A DNA stretch of 64,000 bases from Candidatus Woesearchaeota archaeon (GTDB lineage Archaea; Nanobdellota; Nanobdellia; Woesearchaeales; BM511), in assembly GCA_002867475.1 (NCBI GenBank), contig PKTL01000043.1, positions 16,192 to 80,191 of the forward strand, written 5' to 3'. A program made the translations under genes and the position numbers. Shown here piece after piece: positions 49,488 through 58,648 of this stretch; within the stretch, counting starts at the first letter, position 1, and the number at the start of each line of letters is the position of its first letter. The notes below the pieces were generated by a model. It had not been told where the DNA came from and did no database searches. It saw only the letters and a program-made list of their open reading frames with translations.

Positions 49488-49644
49488 GTATGAAAATTTG
49501 TATGCAAACTTTATACTAACTGTAAGTCAGTCTAAATTTGTAAAGTTGCTTACGTAAGTTTTATACAAAAAGAGTCTAATAGGACTCTAGGCATAAAATT
49601 TACAGAAGGCAAATTTTATAAATAAATCTTTATTTATTTGAACT

Positions 49645-50937
49645 ATGTCAAAGCAATATGATTATGGTGATAAAATAAAGGTTCTTACTGATTCAAAGGA
49701 GATTGTAGGAACAAGCCTCCCAAGACCCGAAATTCTTGATGAAAACATCCTAGTATTGAAACTTGAAAATGGGTATAATATAGGTATTGATAAGAAAAAA
49801 ATCAAAAAAGTTGAAGTATTAGAAAAATATAAAGCTAAAACTATAAAAAATAAGACTATCAGTCACAAAAAAGGTTTGCCAACAGTTTCAATTATTAGTG
49901 CTGGTGGTACGATCAGTAGTAAAATTGATTATAAGACTGGTGGAACAGTAGCTGATTACACTGCAGAAGATTTTATGGATATGATTCCAGAGATTCAAGA
50001 TATAGCAAATGTTAAAGCAGTGAAATGCCTTAATGTTATGAGCGAAGATATGAATGAATCAGATTGGAAAACAATTGCTAAGTCAATTGAAAAAGAATTA
50101 GAAACAGCAGAGGGGATTGTTCTTAGTCAAGGAACAGACACACTTCATTATACTTCAGCGATTTTAAGTTTTTATTTCAAAGATGTTAAAAAACCCATTA
50201 TTTTAACAGCTGCTCAACGTAGCATTGATAGAGGAAGCAGTGATGCATTTATGAACTTAGCATGTGCTACTAATGCCGCTGCTAATTTTGAAGGAGCAGG
50301 AGTTTTTGTTTGTATGCATGCAAATAGTAGTGATGATTTTTGTCAACTTATTAGAGGAACTAAAGTTAGAAAGATGCATACTAGTAGAAGAGATGCATTT
50401 AGACCTATTAATTCAAGCCCTGTTGCTGAAATTTACACAGATAAAATTAATATTTTAGATAAGGATTTTACTAAAAAAGATTTAAAAAATAAAACAAAAA
50501 CTAGTATTTCTTTTGAGGAAAAAGTTGGACTTTTATACATCCAACCATTAATTGATCCTAAAATTGTTGATTTCTATGTTAAAGAAGGTTACAAAGGTTT
50601 AGTTATTAGCGCAACAGCCCTAGGACATGTTCCAAGCGAGGGTAAAAATAATTTGATTACAGCTTTAGAAAAAGCTAAGAAAAAAGGATTAACAATTGTT
50701 GTTGCAAGTCAAACTCTTTATGGTTCAACTAATGAATTTGTTTATGCAAATCTTAGAAAATTAAGTGTTGCATTAAATCTTATTTTTGCTAAAGATATGA
50801 GTCCTGAAACTAGCCTTGTTAAACTTGGTTGGATCCTTGGACAAACAAATGATGAAAATGAAATTAAAGAGATGTTTGAAACTAATTATGCATATGAATA
50901 TAATGACAAGATTAGTGAGGATGAATTTCTAAATTAG
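49645..50937 (+). CDS. gatD: Glutamyl-tRNA(Gln) amidotransferase subunit D
   Basis: N-terminal GatD domain plus asparaginase-like ISAGGTISS and GTDTL motifs; adjacent gatE. Confidence 0.85.
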   Translation: MSKQYDYGDKIKVLTDSKEIVGTSLPRPEILDENILVLKLENGYNIGIDKKKIKKVEVLEKYKAKTIKNKTISHKKGLPTVSIISAGGTISSKIDYKTGGTVADYTAEDFMDMIPEIQDIANVKAVKCLNVMSEDMNESDWKTIAKSIEKELETAEGIVLSQGTDTLHYTSAILSFYFKDVKKPIILTAAQRSIDRGSSDAFMNLACATNAAANFEGAGVFVCMHANSSDDFCQLIRGTKVRKMHTSRRDAFRPINSSPVAEIYTDKINILDKDFTKKDLKNKTKTSISFEEKVGLLYIQPLIDPKIVDFYVKEGYKGLVISATALGHVPSEGKNNLITALEKAKKKGLTIVVASQTLYGSTNEFVYANLRKLSVALNLIFAKDMSPETSLVKLGWILGQTNDENEIKEMFETNYAYEYNDKISEDEFLN

Positions 50938-50946
50938 GTGGATTAA

Positions 50947-52743
50947 ATGAGTAAGAAACAAGAAATAGATTATGAAAAAATTGGCCTTATTTGTGGTTTA
51001 GAAATCCACCAGCAACTTGACACTAATAAATTATTTTGTAACTGTCCAAGCATTATTCGTGATGATAAACCAGACGTTGAAGTCAGACGTAGATTAAAAG
51101 CAGTTATTGGAGAAGATGGACATATTGATAAAGCAGCTCTTGCAGCAGCTAATAGAGATAAATTTTATGATTATCAAGGTTACACTGATTCAACTTGCTT
51201 AATCGAGTTTGATGAACAACCCCCTGAAACTATGAATAAAAATGCGTTAGAGGTTGTTTTACAAGTTAGTAAAATGATTAATGCAGAAATAGTTGATGAA
51301 ATTCAGGTTATGAGAAAAACCGTTGTTGATGGAAGTAACACTAGTGGATTTCAAAGAACTAGCCTTGTTGGTCAATATGGTTACTTAACTGTTAATAATA
51401 AAAGAATTGGAGTTCCAACTATTTGTATAGAAGAAGATAGTGCTAAAATAGTTTCAAGAAATAAAAATTATGATGTTTATAATTTAAGTAGGCTTGGAAT
51501 TCCTTTAATCGAATTAGCAACAGATCCCGACATAAATCATCCCGAAGAAGCAAAAGAAGTTGCTTCAATGATTGGAATGATCCTTAGAAGTACTGGGAAA
51601 GTTAAAAGAGGCCTTGGAACGATCAGGCAAGATGTAAATGTAAGTATCAAAGGTGGTCTTAGGGTTGAGATAAAAGGTGCTCAAGATTTAAAGATGATAC
51701 CTACCTTAATAGATAATGAGATTATTAGGCAAAAATATTGTATCAATTTCAAGACTCCAAAAACAAGTGATCTAATTGATGTAAGTAAAACATTGGAAAA
51801 ATGTGAATCTAAAGTGATAAGATCCGCACTTGATAACAAAGGTGTTGTTCTTGCAATAAAGATTGAAGGATTCAATGGGAAACTTGGCGAGCATATAAGT
51901 CCAGGAAAAAGATTAGGTTCTGAACTTTCGGATTATGCAAAAGGCCATGCTGGAGTTAAAGGACTTTTCCATAGCGATGAACTTCCAAAATATGGCATCA
52001 CTGAAAAAGAGGTTGAAAGCATAAAGAAAAAGCTTGTTTGCAAAAAAGATGATGCATTCATAATAATAGGAGATAATGAGGAAGTTTCTAAAAGAGCTTT
52101 GAAGTCTGTTAAGGACAGGTTTAAGAATATTTTGACTAAAGAGGTCAGGAAAGCAAATGAGGATGGTACAACAAGTTATATGAGACCCATGCCTGGCGCT
52201 GCGAGAATGTATCCTGAAACTGATTGCGTGCCCATAAAACCTAATGTGAAAGATATCAAGCTTCCTGAACTTATATCTGATAAGATATTAAGATTTGAAA
52301 AGGATTACAAGATTAGCAAGGATCTAGCAAGCCAGCTTGCAAAACAAAGTATTGACTTTGATGATTATACTAAAAGATTTAAGGATCTTACACCAAGTTA
52401 TATTGCAGACAATTTGATAAACACACCTAAATTATTAAAGACTAGATATAAGCTGAATCTAGATATATTTAGCCATATTGATGAATTATTCCTAAAGGTT
52501 GAGGAAGGCGTCATTCCAAAAGATAGCATAACTGATATACTTTTAGATATCGGGTCTGGGAAAAAGATTGATTTCAATAATTATGCAATGATGAGTGATG
52601 ATGACATATCTAAAGTTATAAAAGAGGTTATTGCTTCTAATAAAGGAGCTCCCATGGGTGCTTTAATGGGTGAAGCTATGAAGCGACTTAAAGGTAAAGC
52701 TGAAGGTAAAAAGATAAGCGAAATATTAAGGAAATTAATGTAA
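50947..52743 (+). CDS. gatE: Glutamyl-tRNA(Gln) amidotransferase subunit E
   Basis: GLEIHQQL ... CNCP N-terminal GatB/E motif; 598 aa. Confidence 0.85.
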   Translation: MSKKQEIDYEKIGLICGLEIHQQLDTNKLFCNCPSIIRDDKPDVEVRRRLKAVIGEDGHIDKAALAAANRDKFYDYQGYTDSTCLIEFDEQPPETMNKNALEVVLQVSKMINAEIVDEIQVMRKTVVDGSNTSGFQRTSLVGQYGYLTVNNKRIGVPTICIEEDSAKIVSRNKNYDVYNLSRLGIPLIELATDPDINHPEEAKEVASMIGMILRSTGKVKRGLGTIRQDVNVSIKGGLRVEIKGAQDLKMIPTLIDNEIIRQKYCINFKTPKTSDLIDVSKTLEKCESKVIRSALDNKGVVLAIKIEGFNGKLGEHISPGKRLGSELSDYAKGHAGVKGLFHSDELPKYGITEKEVESIKKKLVCKKDDAFIIIGDNEEVSKRALKSVKDRFKNILTKEVRKANEDGTTSYMRPMPGAARMYPETDCVPIKPNVKDIKLPELISDKILRFEKDYKISKDLASQLAKQSIDFDDYTKRFKDLTPSYIADNLINTPKLLKTRYKLNLDIFSHIDELFLKVEEGVIPKDSITDILLDIGSGKKIDFNNYAMMSDDDISKVIKEVIASNKGAPMGALMGEAMKRLKGKAEGKKISEILRKLM

Positions 52744-52745
52744 AA

Positions 52746-53378
52746 ATGAATAATTTAATAGTTTCAATAATAGTTACAGTTGTTTCTTTACCTCTTATTT
52801 TCTTTGCATTTTGGAAGCTTTGGTTCTTAAGAAATCCTAAAAGAGTCATCCCTAAAGGAAATAATTTAATATGTCCTGCTGATGGAAAAGTTATAGATGT
52901 AATCCCTTTCAATAAGAAAGAAATTGTTTTCAATAAGGGCAATAAAAGAATTTTTGGTCAAATTAGAACACTTACAAAAGATATTGCAGATGAAGGTTTC
53001 ATGATTAGCATTTTCATGAGCCCATTTAATGTTCATTACAACAGAGCTCCTATTTCTGGAAAGATCAAAAGCGTTATCCATAAACCTGGAAAGCTTTTAG
53101 CAGTTAACACCATCAATGCAGGTCTTGTTAATGAGAAAACTGAAACGATAATTGAGAATAAAGATCTTAAGATCAAAGTTATCCAAATCGCTGGTTTTCT
53201 TGCTAGAAGAATAGAAACTTTTGTACAGTCAAATGACAATGTCAAGAAAGGGGATGTTTATGGACTCATCAATCTTGGAAGCCAGGTTAGCATAATAATT
53301 ACAAAAAATGTAAATGTTCTTGTTAAGAAAGGTGAAAAGGTAAAGGCTGGAGAAACAATACTTGGTGAATTGAAATGA
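52746..53378 (+). CDS. psd: Phosphatidylserine (archaetidylserine) decarboxylase proenzyme
   Basis: FMSPFNVHYNRAPISG and LGSQ self-cleavage-type motifs; N-terminal TM. Confidence 0.7.
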   Translation: MNNLIVSIIVTVVSLPLIFFAFWKLWFLRNPKRVIPKGNNLICPADGKVIDVIPFNKKEIVFNKGNKRIFGQIRTLTKDIADEGFMISIFMSPFNVHYNRAPISGKIKSVIHKPGKLLAVNTINAGLVNEKTETIIENKDLKIKVIQIAGFLARRIETFVQSNDNVKKGDVYGLINLGSQVSIIITKNVNVLVKKGEKVKAGETILGELK

Positions 53379-53869
53379 GATTAAAACTTGCTGATTATTT
53401 CACTTATGGAAACCTAATATCTGGACTACTTAGCATATATTTTTCTATAAATAACAGTTTTACACTCGCAGCGATTTCTATATTGGTTGGAGTTTTCTTT
53501 GATTATATTGATGGTAAGGTTGCTAGGATGAGAAAAGAGGAAAGCGAGCTTGGTGCTCAACTTGACAGTTTTGCTGATGCAATAACTTTTGGTGTTAGTA
53601 TTGCAGTTCTTTTACATATTAGATTTCAAAGCACATATTTAGATATTGTATTATTGTTTTTTGTTTGTGCAGGAATATACCGTCTCGCAAGATTCAATAT
53701 GAAAAAAGACTCAAAACCTACAAAATATTTTGAAGGAACTCCTATAACAATCAATGGAATAGTATTTCCTTTAGTTATAATATTCTACCCAAACATTTAT
53801 CTAATAGAAGTCTTATTGATAGTATTATCAGCCACTATGGTTAGTAAGCTGAAGATAAAACATTGGTGA
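53375..53869 (+). CDS. pssA: CDP-alcohol phosphatidyltransferase (archaetidylserine synthase-like)
   Basis: DYIDGKVARMRKEESELGAQLDSFAD matches the DxxDGxxAR ... G ... D ... D motif. Confidence 0.75.
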   Translation: MRLKLADYFTYGNLISGLLSIYFSINNSFTLAAISILVGVFFDYIDGKVARMRKEESELGAQLDSFADAITFGVSIAVLLHIRFQSTYLDIVLLFFVCAGIYRLARFNMKKDSKPTKYFEGTPITINGIVFPLVIIFYPNIYLIEVLLIVLSATMVSKLKIKHW

Positions 53870-53875
53870 ATTAAT

Positions 53876-54412
53876 TTGATTGATGAAATATTAGGTCTTT
53901 TGTATCTGCTTATCCCTGCTTATTTTGCAAATATGGCTCCAGTATTTTTCAAAAGATTGGATTTCTTGAATTACCCTATTGATTTTGGTAAAAAGATCAG
54001 AAAGAAAAGAATATTTGGTAAAAATAAGACTTTTAGAGGTCTTTTTTTTGGAATGATTCTAGCAATGTTAGTCTTTTACATCCAAAAGATCTTTTTTCTA
54101 GAAGGATTTGTAAGCTTTTCATTGATAGATTACAGCCTTTATAGTGTTTGGTTTGGTGCTGTTATAGGACTAGTCACTATATTGGGTGATGCTATTGAAA
54201 GCTTTTTCAAAAGACAGCTTGGGAAAAAACCTGGGAAGCCTTGGGTTCCTTTTGATCAATTAGATTTCGTGATCACTAATTTCATATTTTTTGCATTCTT
54301 TATAGATATCAGCATCTTGTCTTATTTGATCGCTGCAATAATAATAACATTATGTGATATGATAATACAATACACAGGTTATAAGCTTAAACTAAAAGAG
54401 GATTTCTTATGA
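53876..54412 (+). CDS. carS: CDP-archaeol synthase
   Basis: LIPAYFAN ... KTFRG ... FKRQLG ... PFDQLD motifs; TTG start. Confidence 0.7.
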   Translation: MIDEILGLLYLLIPAYFANMAPVFFKRLDFLNYPIDFGKKIRKKRIFGKNKTFRGLFFGMILAMLVFYIQKIFFLEGFVSFSLIDYSLYSVWFGAVIGLVTILGDAIESFFKRQLGKKPGKPWVPFDQLDFVITNFIFFAFFIDISILSYLIAAIIITLCDMIIQYTGYKLKLKEDFL

Positions 54413-55050
54413 AAAAAGCTATAATCACAGGAGCCTCAAGTGGATTAGGATTAGAAATTGGGAATTTACTAAAAAATGATTCTTTTGAGGTTATTAATAT
54501 TTCTAGAAAAGATTCACCTTTTAATGACATTAAATGTGATCTTAGCTTAGATACAATGATTGGTGATGTAATTGAAAAAATCAAAAAAGAACATGATAAA
54601 TTTGATGTGATAATTCTTAATTCTGGTATAATGCCTTTAGCAAAAATAGGTCAAACAAATTTTGATATTGATAATCTTTTTAAGATAAATGTTACTGGTG
54701 CAATAAAGATCATTGATGGTTTATTAGATCTGATTAAGAAAAATGGAGCAGACATAATAATAGTTGGTTCTACTGCTGCAAAACAAGGGTATGATGAACA
54801 TGGAATATACTGTGCCACAAAACATGCACTTGATGGTTACATCAAATCCTTGCAAGCAGAACTGAAAGAAGAAAAGGTCAGAGTTATTGGTTTTCATCCT
54901 GGAGGATTCAATTCTAATCTTAGAGGAGGTATAGTAAAAGAAGGTTATATGGATCCTAGGGAATTAGCAAAATTGATAATCCAATTGATCAATCTTCCTA
55001 AAGTTATGGAAGTTTCAGACATTGTTATTACACGTAAAAAAAATTATTAA
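54409..55050 (+). CDS. Short-chain dehydrogenase/reductase
   Basis: TGASSGLG Rossmann motif and YCATKHAL (YxxxK). Confidence 0.75.
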   Translation: MKKAIITGASSGLGLEIGNLLKNDSFEVINISRKDSPFNDIKCDLSLDTMIGDVIEKIKKEHDKFDVIILNSGIMPLAKIGQTNFDIDNLFKINVTGAIKIIDGLLDLIKKNGADIIIVGSTAAKQGYDEHGIYCATKHALDGYIKSLQAELKEEKVRVIGFHPGGFNSNLRGGIVKEGYMDPRELAKLIIQLINLPKVMEVSDIVITRKKNY

Positions 55051-55051
55051 A

Positions 55052-56101
55052 TTATAATTTTATCTTGAAAAAATTTCTCTTATTTTCAAAAAGTGTCTTG
55101 AACTTGAAACTTTTATAGAATAAAAATATCATCCCGATTAGGCCTATCGTTACGTCCCTAGATCTTATAAGGAAACTTAATGCGTAAGCTTTTCCTACAT
55201 CTATCTTTAAAAAATTAAATATGCTTGCTTGTGATATCTCTAAAACTCCAAGGGCTGCAGGGATAGGAATAAGATATGCAAGACCTACAACAGTTATTAT
55301 AAGGAAAAGTTCATAAAAACCTGCATCATACCCTAACATTAGAAGAGCTACCTTAAATTCTGCAAACATGAGCAACCAAAGTATCGCACTTATAATCACA
55401 GATACCTTAAATTCAAATGTATGCTTATTATAGAAATTATATATGTTATCTCTTATAGTTTTAAGCTCCCTTACATAGTTCTTCAAATATTTCAAATCTT
55501 TTATCCTATCAAAAAATATGTTCAAAAAAACTCCTTTCTTTATCATCAGATAATATGCTGTAACTATCAAAAATAGCAATAAGGATATTATGAAAAATAA
55601 AAACTTATTATGTATAGTTGTTAAAAGCAATATTAAGCTTCCAGTAACTGCAAAAAAGGAGTTCATACCCATCTCCATACTTTTATCAATCAATACTGTT
55701 GATATTCCTTTTGGAAAAGGCATATCATAACGTTTTAACATCAATGCCCTTATAGGTTCACCTCCAACGTGCGCTGTCGGAGTGAAATAATTCAGACTAT
55801 AACCTATCGTCCTATAAACCCATAGTTTTGTAAATGGTATTTTTTGACCATGAGCAGAAATTATTATCTTCCACCTCAACACAAGAAATAACTGAATCAA
55901 CAAACTTATACCCAGATATGCTGAAAACAATATCAATGATGTATATATAAAGTTCTGAAAAATAGTTATTAATCCTTTATTTGTATATAGGAGAATAACT
56001 GTAAATAAGCCAATTAGTACAGATAAGAGTATCAACCATTTTTGAGTTTTAAATCGTTCAGCATATGCCAATTTTGACTTCTTTTTTGCAAAAAGTTCCA
56101 T
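55052..56101 (-). CDS. UPF0104/MprF-type (lysylphosphatidylglycerol synthase TM region, flippase-like) membrane protein
   Basis: Polytopic; GYSLNYFTPTAHVGGEPIRALML motif. Confidence 0.55.
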   Translation of the reverse strand: MELFAKKKSKLAYAERFKTQKWLILLSVLIGLFTVILLYTNKGLITIFQNFIYTSLILFSAYLGISLLIQLFLVLRWKIIISAHGQKIPFTKLWVYRTIGYSLNYFTPTAHVGGEPIRALMLKRYDMPFPKGISTVLIDKSMEMGMNSFFAVTGSLILLLTTIHNKFLFFIISLLLFLIVTAYYLMIKKGVFLNIFFDRIKDLKYLKNYVRELKTIRDNIYNFYNKHTFEFKVSVIISAILWLLMFAEFKVALLMLGYDAGFYELFLIITVVGLAYLIPIPAALGVLEISQASIFNFLKIDVGKAYALSFLIRSRDVTIGLIGMIFLFYKSFKFKTLFENKRNFFKIKL

Positions 56102-56124
56102 TATACTTGTTTAGGTCCAATCAT

Positions 56125-56364
56125 TTATAAAATATTTGCTTGTGATTTAAATTCAAATTCCAGATTTAGATTTAAATTTTCATTATATAATCTTAATGCT
56201 AAATGATCAAAACTTTTTTCTACATCTTTCAATATTATGAACTCTTGGTCTAATAAGTCAAGCAATCTTCTTTTCACATCATATTTTAGCCATAAGACTT
56301 CTCTTATGTATTGTTTTTCTTCTAGATATCTGTTTGCAATCTTTATTATCTTCAAACATATCAC
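56125..56364 (-). CDS. Hypothetical protein, 79 aa
   Basis: ORF only. Confidence 0.3.
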   Translation of the reverse strand: MICLKIIKIANRYLEEKQYIREVLWLKYDVKRRLLDLLDQEFIILKDVEKSFDHLALRLYNENLNLNLEFEFKSQANIL

Positions 56365-56410
56365 CTCTATAAAATATTAGAACATATTAGTTTAAAAGAG
56401 TGATTTGAGA

Positions 56411-56470
56411 ATGTCCAGTGAGAAAATAGTTAGTAATATTATAATATATAATATTAAGGATTGTCCAGTG
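56411..56470. promoter_or_regulatory. Two copies of the ATGTCCAGTG motif (GAGAATGTCCAGTGAGAAAA and GGATTGTCCAGTGAATCAG) in a divergent intergenic region
   Basis: Seen directly at 56411-56420 and 56461-56470. Confidence 0.5.
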
Positions 56471-56511
56471 AATCAGTTAATTATTTAAAAGCATGAATCA
56501 AATATCTCATT

Positions 56512-57453
56512 ATGGCTTATGATTTAATAACTGTTGGAAGTGCAACTTTTGATGTGTTTGCAAAAACAGATAATGAGACTATAGAGATTCATTCGAGAAG
56601 CGGTGATGAAAAACTTATAGCTTACCCTCTTGGCACTAAGATATTGATGAAAGACCTTGAATTCCATGTTGGAGGCGGTGGGACAAATACTGCTGTTGCT
56701 GCTTCGAGATTAGGGTTAAAGACTGGATATCTTGGAAATGTTGGAAAAGACACTAATGGAGATCAAGTAATATCTCTTTTGAAAAAAGAAAAAGTTGATT
56801 TTTTGGGTACAAGAACAAACGACCTGACAAATTATAGTATAATTCTTGATTCATTTGATGAGGATAGAACAATACTTGTTCATAAGGGAGCTAGTCAAAA
56901 GTTTGATTTTGATAAGATTCCAAAATCAAGATTGAAAACTAAATGGTTCTACCTTTGTGCAATGGTGGATAAAGGTTTCAAGCAGTTAGAAAAGATAAGC
57001 GAATATGCTAATAAAAATAATATAAGTGTCGCATTTAATCCTAGCAGCTATATTGCAAGCAAAGGAAAAAGATATCTTTCAAAAATCTTGAAAAATACTG
57101 ATCTATTGATCCTTAACCTTGAAGAAGCTAAGATGATCTGTGGGAATGACTCAAAAAAAGAACTTACAAAAGAGCTTAAGAAACTTGGCCCTAAAAATAT
57201 TATAATAACTGATGGTAAAGATAAAATAGGTGTTCTTTATGAGGATAATTATTTGGAGATCCTTCCAAAAAAAGTGAAAAGTAAAGAAACTACCGGCGCA
57301 GGAGATTCTTTTGGATCCACACTTGTTAGTGGATTGATAATGAGTAAAGACATCAAAACTTCAATCAATATGGCATTGAAGAATAGTGCTTCAGTTATAA
57401 TGAATATCGGAGCAAAAAAAGGATTATTAACAAAAAAAGAATTGATTAGATAA
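56512..57453 (+). CDS. PfkB-family carbohydrate/nucleoside kinase
   Basis: GGGGTNTAVAASRLG and TTGAGDSFGS motifs. Confidence 0.75.
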   Translation: MAYDLITVGSATFDVFAKTDNETIEIHSRSGDEKLIAYPLGTKILMKDLEFHVGGGGTNTAVAASRLGLKTGYLGNVGKDTNGDQVISLLKKEKVDFLGTRTNDLTNYSIILDSFDEDRTILVHKGASQKFDFDKIPKSRLKTKWFYLCAMVDKGFKQLEKISEYANKNNISVAFNPSSYIASKGKRYLSKILKNTDLLILNLEEAKMICGNDSKKELTKELKKLGPKNIIITDGKDKIGVLYEDNYLEILPKKVKSKETTGAGDSFGSTLVSGLIMSKDIKTSINMALKNSASVIMNIGAKKGLLTKKELIR

Positions 57454-57531
57454 AAAGTTATTTTAACATGGCTCATAAATTTTATATAGTAGAACTAAAA
57501 ACCCAATATTTAACATTAGGTGATTTAATTA

Positions 57532-57690
57532 ATGATGCAGTATGATATGACTCTTTGCAATAAGGAGCCAAAAAAAGAAGTGAACCTTGATGATGAAAAG
57601 ATAAGACTCAGTGAGAATCTTAGCTATGTTTTTAGAATGTTTCTTGCATCTATGCTTTTTATTGCATTCATTCTTTCCATTTCATCCTAA
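57532..57690 (+). CDS. Possible small tail-anchored membrane protein (52 aa)
   Basis: AGGTGA RBS; hydrophobic C-terminus RMFLASMLFIAFILSISS. Confidence 0.3.
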   Translation: MMQYDMTLCNKEPKKEVNLDDEKIRLSENLSYVFRMFLASMLFIAFILSISS

Positions 57691-57731
57691 TTATAGTTAA
57701 TTATATAAATCTTTGAATTTGTTGATTCTGT

Positions 57732-58646
57732 ATGTTAAAGACTAACTTATTCTTGCAAAAAAATGCTAAAGCTAAAGGGTATGCTGTTCCAGCATTCAAT
57801 ATCAATAATCTTGAGATCACTAAAGCAGTGATTAATACTGCCTCGAAAATGAAAAGCCCTGTAATTTTACAGACTAGCGAAGGTGCTATAAAATATGCTG
57901 GAATGAAAAATCTTATATCTCTTGCAAAAAATGCTGAAGATGAAAATAGGATTCCTTTATCATTGCATCTTGATCATGGACAGGATTTTGATGTGATTAG
58001 AAAATGTATAAAACTTGGTTATTCAAGTGTGATGTTTGATGGGTCTCATATGGAATTTAAGGATAATGTAAAAAACACAAAAAAAGTTGTTAATTTGGCT
58101 CACAAAAAAGGTATCAGTGTTGAAGGAGAGCTTGGTGTCTTAGCAGGAATTGAAGAAAACATAAAGTCTAAAAATCATATATATACTGATCCCGATCAAG
58201 CAAAAGAGTTTACTCTTAAAACAGGAGTTGATACTCTTGCTATTGCTATTGGTACTAGCCACGGAGCATATAAGTTCAGTGGTGAATCAAAACTTGATAT
58301 AAAAAGATTGAAAGAGATCGAAAAAAAAGTTAAAACCCCTCTTGTTCTTCATGGTGCTAGTGGGGTGCCTGAAGAATTGAAAAAAAAGCTTTTAGGCACA
58401 GGATTGAATATTGGTAAGGCTAAAGGAGTGTCAGATCAAGAAATAAGAAAGGCTGTAAAAGCTGGTATAACCAAAGTTAATATAGATACTGATTTGAGGC
58501 TTGCTTTCACTTATGGACTGAGAAATTTCATAAAAAAGAATAATGAAGATTTTGATCCTAGAAAGATAATGAAACCTGCTATGGATGAGATTGAAAAAGT
58601 TGTTGAGGCCAAGATCAAAGTGCTTGGCTCAAATAGAAGGTATTGA
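57732..58646 (+). CDS. fba: Class II fructose-bisphosphate aldolase
   Basis: LHLDHG, GELG and VLHGASG motifs. Confidence 0.85.
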   Translation: MLKTNLFLQKNAKAKGYAVPAFNINNLEITKAVINTASKMKSPVILQTSEGAIKYAGMKNLISLAKNAEDENRIPLSLHLDHGQDFDVIRKCIKLGYSSVMFDGSHMEFKDNVKNTKKVVNLAHKKGISVEGELGVLAGIEENIKSKNHIYTDPDQAKEFTLKTGVDTLAIAIGTSHGAYKFSGESKLDIKRLKEIEKKVKTPLVLHGASGVPEELKKKLLGTGLNIGKAKGVSDQEIRKAVKAGITKVNIDTDLRLAFTYGLRNFIKKNNEDFDPRKIMKPAMDEIEKVVEAKIKVLGSNRRY

Positions 58647-58648
58647 TA

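Noticed and set aside
49488-49644. Possible tRNA or ncRNA in the intergenic region with the CTTACGTAAG palindrome and AGAGTCtaataGGACTCT hairpin
   Set aside because: No tRNA-like cloverleaf or T-loop (GTTCRANYC) could be traced; probably a terminator or operator hairpin. No convincing tRNA or rRNA genes found in the window.
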